DNA of 64,000 nt, from the NCBI GenBank assembly GCA_964270895.1, contig OZ185443.1. One strand, written 5' to 3'. The position numbers and the translations under genes were made by a program. The notes beneath the pieces are model-generated. The model worked only from the letters and a program-made list of their open reading frames with translations, was not told where the DNA came from and ran no database searches. This document shows positions 62,149 through 64,000 of the stretch, in pieces. Positions within the stretch are counted from its first letter, which is position 1. Every line of letters begins with the position of its first letter. Source of the DNA: Podarcis filfolensis (lineage: Eukaryota).

Positions 62149-63737
62149 AATGTATGCAATCTGAGTTGGTGGGTGGGCAGAGATTAACCTCTTTCTATCC
62201 TAATCTCTCATCAAGAGTGGAATTGTGGTTCCTATTTGACCTGAAAGGATGTGGGTCTTTAAGAGACTTGGCATATCTCTTAGAGTTTGTCATTCTGAAA
62301 GTCAGGAATGGAAGAATGCCCCTCCTGGTACGTAAATGAGCACAGCATCTGGTGAGGCACCAGGAACTCATGCCAGGTCCGAGCTCTGCCCTTCTACCAA
62401 GGACTGATATGCTTTCCACTTTGGAAATTAAAAAAAAAAAATCTTTTTTGGCCTTAGGCCCTTGACCTTTCACTGAAAGACAGATGCTTCTGTGTATTTG
62501 TCATGCCTTATTATGAGTATTACAAACAGGCAAATGATTCCTGGGTATTATATGCTTTCATACCCCTCTCTCTTTCATCTTTGCCTATCAAAATCCCTCG
62601 CTCTCTTTTATGAACATTCTCTCCCCCCTGCCCCCGCCCCCCAAAAATCCAGCCTCCACATGCTTTCTGAACTCACCCGAGCTTCTGGGCTTTTATTTTG
62701 ATTTACTGACGTTGCTCCTATGCTTTTAATGGCAAACTGAAACACAAAAATGGGGGGGGGGAGTGTTGGAGGTATTGTGATGGCAAAAGATGCTCAACTT
62801 TGAGGCAATGCTAAAGGGACAAGGGCATCGCCGCAGGCGCGTGGGTGGCCACTTTATACATTAGAGGTGTTTTTTTTTTAATAAATGTCAAACAATAAAA
62901 TTCTGGGTACCCTCCAGCCCCTGCCCACACCCACCCACCAATAAAAGGTGCTCATTTCTTTAAACAGCATACCTGAACGCACATCTGATAAGGCTTGTGA
63001 ATGAAACATTTGGGTACCATTTGGCATTTTTGATTAAAGAGTGAGATTGTAGGATTTAAGAGTCCTCCTTTGCAGATAACATGGATAGTTGCCACTGATC
63101 TATTGAACTGATATATTTAGAAAGATCATTTGAAGGAAGATCTCACAGCCTATTGAGTTTGAAGCTGTTCCAGACATTCAGTTTTTTCCCCCTCCCTGCA
63201 GCCAAATTCTCCAAGGTAAACGGGCTAAAATATTTTGCTGGAGGGGATACTTTCCTTTCAAGGTTCATTCCTTTGCATAAGAAATATACTAAAGGAGTGA
63301 TGAGGGTTGGGCGGGGGAGAGAATCAAAGACAAAACAGAAAAATCAAATATTCTTAAAGGCTTTGGGATTTTGTTTTGCTTTTACCAATTGTGCAAGCCC
63401 CTCCCCCCCGCAAAATGCTAGGCATATGTGAGTAATATAATAGCATTCACATTTAACTTATTTTTTAAAATATTCACTTGCATCCCTTGCCCTTCTGATG
63501 TTATATGATTGGATGAAAAGACCCTTTGCAACTTATTTCAGATATCTGCTACAGACAAGTCATCTGCTAATTATCCTGACAGACGCAACATGCAAAAAAG
63601 CCTCTGAGAGCAGGGTTTCAGAAATGGATGGCACAGAGGGAAATATCCTGCTACTCTTTGTATCATGAATATGTTTCATATTTATATTATCTATCTTTTG
63701 CTAATAATTTCTTGTAAATAACCTGTCTGTCCACATT

Positions 63738-63812
63738 TGTATGTGTGTGTGTGTATGCGTGTGTGTGTGTGTGTAAACACACATAAATGTACACAATACA
63801 CAATACACACAT
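63738..63812. repeat. (GT)n run followed by imperfect (CA)n run
   Basis: Direct reading. Confidence 0.9.
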
Positions 63813-64000
63813 ACAGTGCTTTTGTGTCTATGCTAATTATACTGGGATTGCTTATATTGCTGAAACCAGGCTGATAACAACTTTTTTTTAGTATCTCCCC
63901 GTCTGTCTTGGTGTGTAGGGCTAAGGGGCACATAATCATTATGCAAGATGCCACTCTAGAACAGATTTTCCTGTTTCACCTCATCCATTTCATTTTTCTC

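Overview
This is vertebrate genomic DNA, not microbial. The repeat set (Sauria SINE, Squam3-type SINE, RTE-BovB, abundant L2/CR1 tails) points to a squamate reptile, most likely a lacertid lizard; this is inferred from repeat families, not from a marker gene. I recognise no protein-coding gene, intact RNA gene or CRISPR array. The window reads as intronic or intergenic DNA with three 5'-truncated BovB copies with target-site duplications (TSDs), about a dozen L2/CR1 fragments, several SINEs, four solo-LTR-like elements (two with exact 5-bp TSDs), many MITEs (Tigger/pogo-, hAT- and Harbinger-like, some nested), microsatellites and four N runs. The long ORFs in the track are TE-derived, span Ns or have no recognisable homology. 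The most notable unexplained structures are a 53-bp, 94%-identical inverted repeat pair bracketing 3.35 kb (32101-35450), a 20-bp exact direct repeat flanking about 0.9 kb of TE-free enhancer-like DNA (54508/55429), a pre-miRNA-shaped hairpin inside a MITE (60804-60872), and a few splice-site-bounded candidate exons of low confidence. I cannot support a claim of a new biological system from the sequence alone.
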